This document shows positions 34,039 to 34,715 of a stretch of DNA of 34,715 bases, piece by piece. Position 1 is the first letter of the stretch; the number at the start of each line of letters is the position of its first letter. Source of the DNA: Myxococcota bacterium. GTDB lineage: Bacteria > Myxococcota_A > UBA796 > SXON01. The stretch is from contig JAZKFH010000030.1 of NCBI GenBank assembly GCA_040386535.1, positions 1-34,715 on the forward strand, written 5' to 3'. Position numbers and translations under genes: made by a program. The notes below the pieces were generated by a model. The model was not told the DNA's origin. It saw nothing but the letters and a program-made list of their open reading frames with translations, and made no database searches.

Positions 34039-34644
34039 ATGAAACGACCCCTGACCCCGGGCGGCGGGCTCAAGCCCGGCTACCACCACGGCAATCTCCA
34101 CCGGGCGGCGTTGCGACGCGGTCGGGAGATCGTCACGCTTTGGGGGCCCGACGCGCTCACCCTGCGCGGGCTCGCGCGCGAGCTCGGGGTGACGGCCACC
34201 GCGCTGGTGTACCACTTCGGTTCGCGGGCGGGGCTGCGCTCAGCGGTCGCGGCGTCGGTGCTCGCGGACCTCGAGAAGGCCGCCTTCGCCGAAGCAGTCG
34301 GCCCGGCGCGCGTGTCTCCGGAGGTGGTCGGCAAGGCCTGGGTCGCCTACGCCGAGCAGAACCCCTTCCTGTACCGGCTGGCTTCCGGGGAAGGGTGGCG
34401 TGATCAGCCCCGCGTGCCCACCGGGGTCGACGCGGGCCCGCTGAAGGTGCCCTCTCCCCGCCGGGTGCTCCAGACCGCGTTCGCGCGGCGCACGCGTCGC
34501 CTCGGGCTCCCCGGCGGGGATGCCGCGCGGGCCGACCTGTTCTCGTTCACGATCCACGGCCTGGCGCTGGCCCGGATGGACGGGGCCGGCCCGGACGCCG
34601 TGGCCCACGCGTTGAGGCAGCTGGCCCGGGCGCCGACGGGCTGA
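34039..34644 (+). CDS. TetR/AcrR family transcriptional regulator (YHHG.L-type N-terminus, WHG-like C-domain)
   Basis: YHHGNLHRAAL, HTH LTLRGLARELGVTATALVYHFGSR, GKAWVAYAEQNP.LYRL and TIHGLAL. Confidence 0.9.
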   Translation: MKRPLTPGGGLKPGYHHGNLHRAALRRGREIVTLWGPDALTLRGLARELGVTATALVYHFGSRAGLRSAVAASVLADLEKAAFAEAVGPARVSPEVVGKAWVAYAEQNPFLYRLASGEGWRDQPRVPTGVDAGPLKVPSPRRVLQTAFARRTRRLGLPGGDAARADLFSFTIHGLALARMDGAGPDAVAHALRQLARAPTG

Positions 34645-34715
34645 TTCAGGGGACCGAGTATGCGCGGGACGCCGATCGCGCCGAGCGTGTGCGGGCGATC
34701 GCACGGACCGTGCGC

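Overview
Very GC-rich bacterial DNA. MYXO-CTERM-like tails, Cys/Asp-rich 'putative metal-binding' repeats, FG-GAP proteins and many lipoproteins suggest a Myxococcota-like organism (inference). The window holds about 24 real genes; most of the supplied ORFs are shadow frames. In order: the 3' part of a DyP-type peroxidase that appears cut at nt 54/55 by a possible IS end; an Slt70-like lytic transglycosylase; an M20 peptidase; and a surface-signalling-like operon. That operon has an exported protein with a Pro/Ala VNTR, a 27-codon mini-ORF where an ECF sigma gene would be expected, a FecR-type anti-sigma factor, and two tandem paralogous FG-GAP lipoproteins. Next come a ~660-bp intergenic mosaic of three palindromic repeat families (one recurs near nt 2920-3014), an ExbD-like lipoprotein, a POTRA-less Omp85 barrel divergent from an HhH-HhH-NuiA lipoprotein, and a Thr-type sulfatase-like/TPR lipoprotein. 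These are followed by a Tyr-rich lipoprotein, pxpABC, a GT-C glycosyltransferase, a DUF6265-like protein and an FG-GAP/MYXO-CTERM protein. The window ends with a complete MoxR-vWA-beta-propeller (bpX5/bpX6) ternary conflict system headed by a coupled small membrane protein, and an apparently leaderless TetR gene with a perfect palindromic operator. No rRNA, tRNA or CRISPR array was seen. All family assignments come from motif recognition by eye; no searches were run.
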